A DNA stretch of 64,000 nt, taken from NCBI GenBank assembly GCA_027310185.1, contig DAIDBH010000014.1:96001-160000 (forward strand), written 5' to 3'. This DNA is from Thermoplasmatales archaeon. Its GTDB lineage: Archaea; Thermoplasmatota; Thermoplasmata; Thermoplasmatales; Thermoplasmataceae. Both the position numbers and the translations under genes were made by a program. Positions 62,193-64,000 of this stretch are shown here, in pieces. The notes below the pieces were generated by a model. The model did no database searches and was not told the DNA's origin. It was given only the letters and a program-made list of their open reading frames with translations. Each line of letters begins with the position of its first letter. The stretch's first letter is position 1.

Positions 62193-64000
62193 TTAGAGGG
62201 AAGAGTAGTAATCTTCGTTGTATGGTTCTGGTTTCAGTCCCTTCCTTGTTCTGATCTTTGCAACAACTTCCTTCTGTATTTCTGGAGGTACCTTCTGATA
62301 ACCTGAGTTCTCTGAGCTCCAGAGAACTTTACCACCAGTGGCACTCCTGATAGCAGATGCAAAACCAAACATTCCGGAAACTGGAACTCTGGCAACGATT
62401 ACTATATCATCGCCTTCAATGTTCATTTCATCAACGACTCCTCTTCTCTGCTGGATTTCGTTTGTGACTGATCCCATTATGTCCTGTGGTACATTTATGT
62501 AAACTTTCTGGATGGGCTCCATCAATACCCTTCTGGCCTGGCATATTGCTCCGTAAAGTGAGTTCCTACCTGCTGGGATTACCTGTGCAGGGCCTCTATG
62601 GATACTGTCCTCGTGGAGCTTTGCATCAACCAGAGATGCTTTTATGTGCGTCATTCCTTCGTTTGCCAGAGGTCCTCTTTCTACAACCTCCTTGAATGAT
62701 TCCAGCAGGAGCTCCATAGTTTCGTCAAGATACTGGATTCCTTTTGTCACATCAAACATTACATTTTCTCCCATAACTGCGGTTATTCCCCTTGCAGTAT
62801 CTCTGTCAATTCCGGCATTCTGCAACTGTTCTATCGTGGTTCTCTTATCCTTGAACTTTGACCCCTGTGGCAAAACTCCATCCTTAATTAACTGAACTAC
62901 ACTCTCTTCTAATGGTTCCACCTTGAAGTAGAACTTATTGTGTTTATTTGGAGATTTACCTTCAAAAGGACCGCCAGTTCTTTCTACTGTTTCCCTGTAT
63001 ACAACTATTGGATCGGATGTTGTAACCTCGATCTTATAATCGTTCTTGATTCTGTAAAGCGTAACTTCAAGATGCAATTCACCCATTCCAGAAATAAGAT
63101 GTTCACCTGTTTCCTGGTTTATATTGATCTGTATGGAAGGATCAGCTTTTGAAACTGTTTTAAGTACATCAATTAATTTTGGCAGATCTGAGGTATGTTT
63201 TGCTTCAATTGCAAGTGTAACCACTGGATCGGTATAATGCGTCATCGGTTCAAAGGGTTCCATATCTACAACAGCTGAAACAGTTGAGCCTGCTATGGCG
63301 CTCTTAAGACCTATGACCGCTGCAATGTTCCCTGCTGGGATTGTGTCTACCTGGATCCTGTCTGGACCAACCATCATTGCAATTGTCTGAATCTTGAATT
63401 TCCCTGAGGCACTGCTTATGTATAATTCCTGCCCCTTGGTTAGACTACCGCTGAAAACTCTTCCGACTGCGATTTCACCTGCATGCGGATCTACGATAAT
63501 TTTTGTAATCATCATTGCTAGTGGACCTTTGGTATCACATACCATCATTGATTTACCAACCTGCGACTCAAGGTCTCCATGCCAAACGTTGGGTATCCTG
63601 TAATGTTGGGCCTGCTTAGGATCTGGCAAATGATGAACCACCATGTTTAAAATGATCTTATGCAACGGAGCTTTTTTAGCAAGTTCTTTCTGCTTGCCTT
63701 CCCTCACCATATTTACAATGTCATTGAAGTTAACGTTGAAAACTTTCATTGCGGGCACAGAAATTGCCCAGTTATTATATGCTGATCCGAATGATACTTT
63801 ACCATCCTGAACGCTGAGTTCCCAGTCCTTCTTGAAGTTCTCAGGTGCGTATTTCGAAATTAATTTATTAACATCATTAATTATTTTTATGAACTTCTTC
63901 TGCATTTCTTCTGAATTTAACTTTAATTCGTTGATCAATCTATCAACTTTGTTTATGAACATCGTTGGTTTAACATATTCTCTTAATGCCTGTCTTATTA
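62193..64000 (-). CDS. fusA: Elongation factor EF-2 (5'-truncated by the window end)
   Basis: FINKVDR, GMGELHLE, EGKSPNKHN, LHEDSIHRGPAQ (diphthamide His). Confidence 0.97.
   Translation of the reverse strand, partial: IRQALREYVKPTMFINKVDRLINELKLNSEEMQKKFIKIINDVNKLISKYAPENFKKDWELSVQDGKVSFGSAYNNWAISVPAMKVFNVNFNDIVNMVREGKQKELAKKAPLHKIILNMVVHHLPDPKQAQHYRIPNVWHGDLESQVGKSMMVCDTKGPLAMMITKIIVDPHAGEIAVGRVFSGSLTKGQELYISSASGKFKIQTIAMMVGPDRIQVDTIPAGNIAAVIGLKSAIAGSTVSAVVDMEPFEPMTHYTDPVVTLAIEAKHTSDLPKLIDVLKTVSKADPSIQININQETGEHLISGMGELHLEVTLYRIKNDYKIEVTTSDPIVVYRETVERTGGPFEGKSPNKHNKFYFKVEPLEESVVQLIKDGVLPQGSKFKDKRTTIEQLQNAGIDRDTARGITAVMGENVMFDVTKGIQYLDETMELLLESFKEVVERGPLANEGMTHIKASLVDAKLHEDSIHRGPAQVIPAGRNSLYGAICQARRVLMEPIQKVYINVPQDIMGSVTNEIQQRRGVVDEMNIEGDDIVIVARVPVSGMFGFASAIRSATGGKVLWSSENSGYQKVPPEIQKEVVAKIRTRKGLKPEPYNEDYYSSL

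Noticed and set aside
1-64000. CRISPR arrays, rRNA, IS elements, stop-codon recoding
   Set aside because: No regularly spaced repeats, rRNA-like segments or transposase ORFs were seen, and conserved genes are full length in the standard code.

Overview
64 kb of mostly core chromosome from an AT-rich archaeon. The gene content and protein sequences (thermosome alpha, VAT ATPase, tandem ThyX, aRF1, FBP aldolase/phosphatase, SmAP) point to Thermoplasmatales, possibly Cuniculiplasma-like; that assignment is an inference. The window is densely coding: about 68 CDS, including a 5'-truncated pdaD and three short ORFs absent from the ORF track (rpl40e and two unknown small proteins), plus tRNA-Arg(TCG) and tRNA-Glu(CTC). 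I saw no CRISPR array, integrase, transposase or rRNA. The best leads are: (1) a full-length SQR-family protein that has lost its FAD-binding and catalytic motifs but remains in an operon with DUF1641 and OsmC; (2) a csl4-small ORF-SmAP-unknown basic protein-METTL5 RNA-metabolism cluster; (3) a Cys-less thiolase-like protein plus DUF35 joined to a tandem ThyX; (4) an out-of-frame, SD-led upstream ORF overlapping the AdoMetDC start; (5) cis-elements, namely an HSR1-like operator at hsp20 and a K-loop over the rpl7ae SD. All calls come from motif recognition by eye; no database searches were run.
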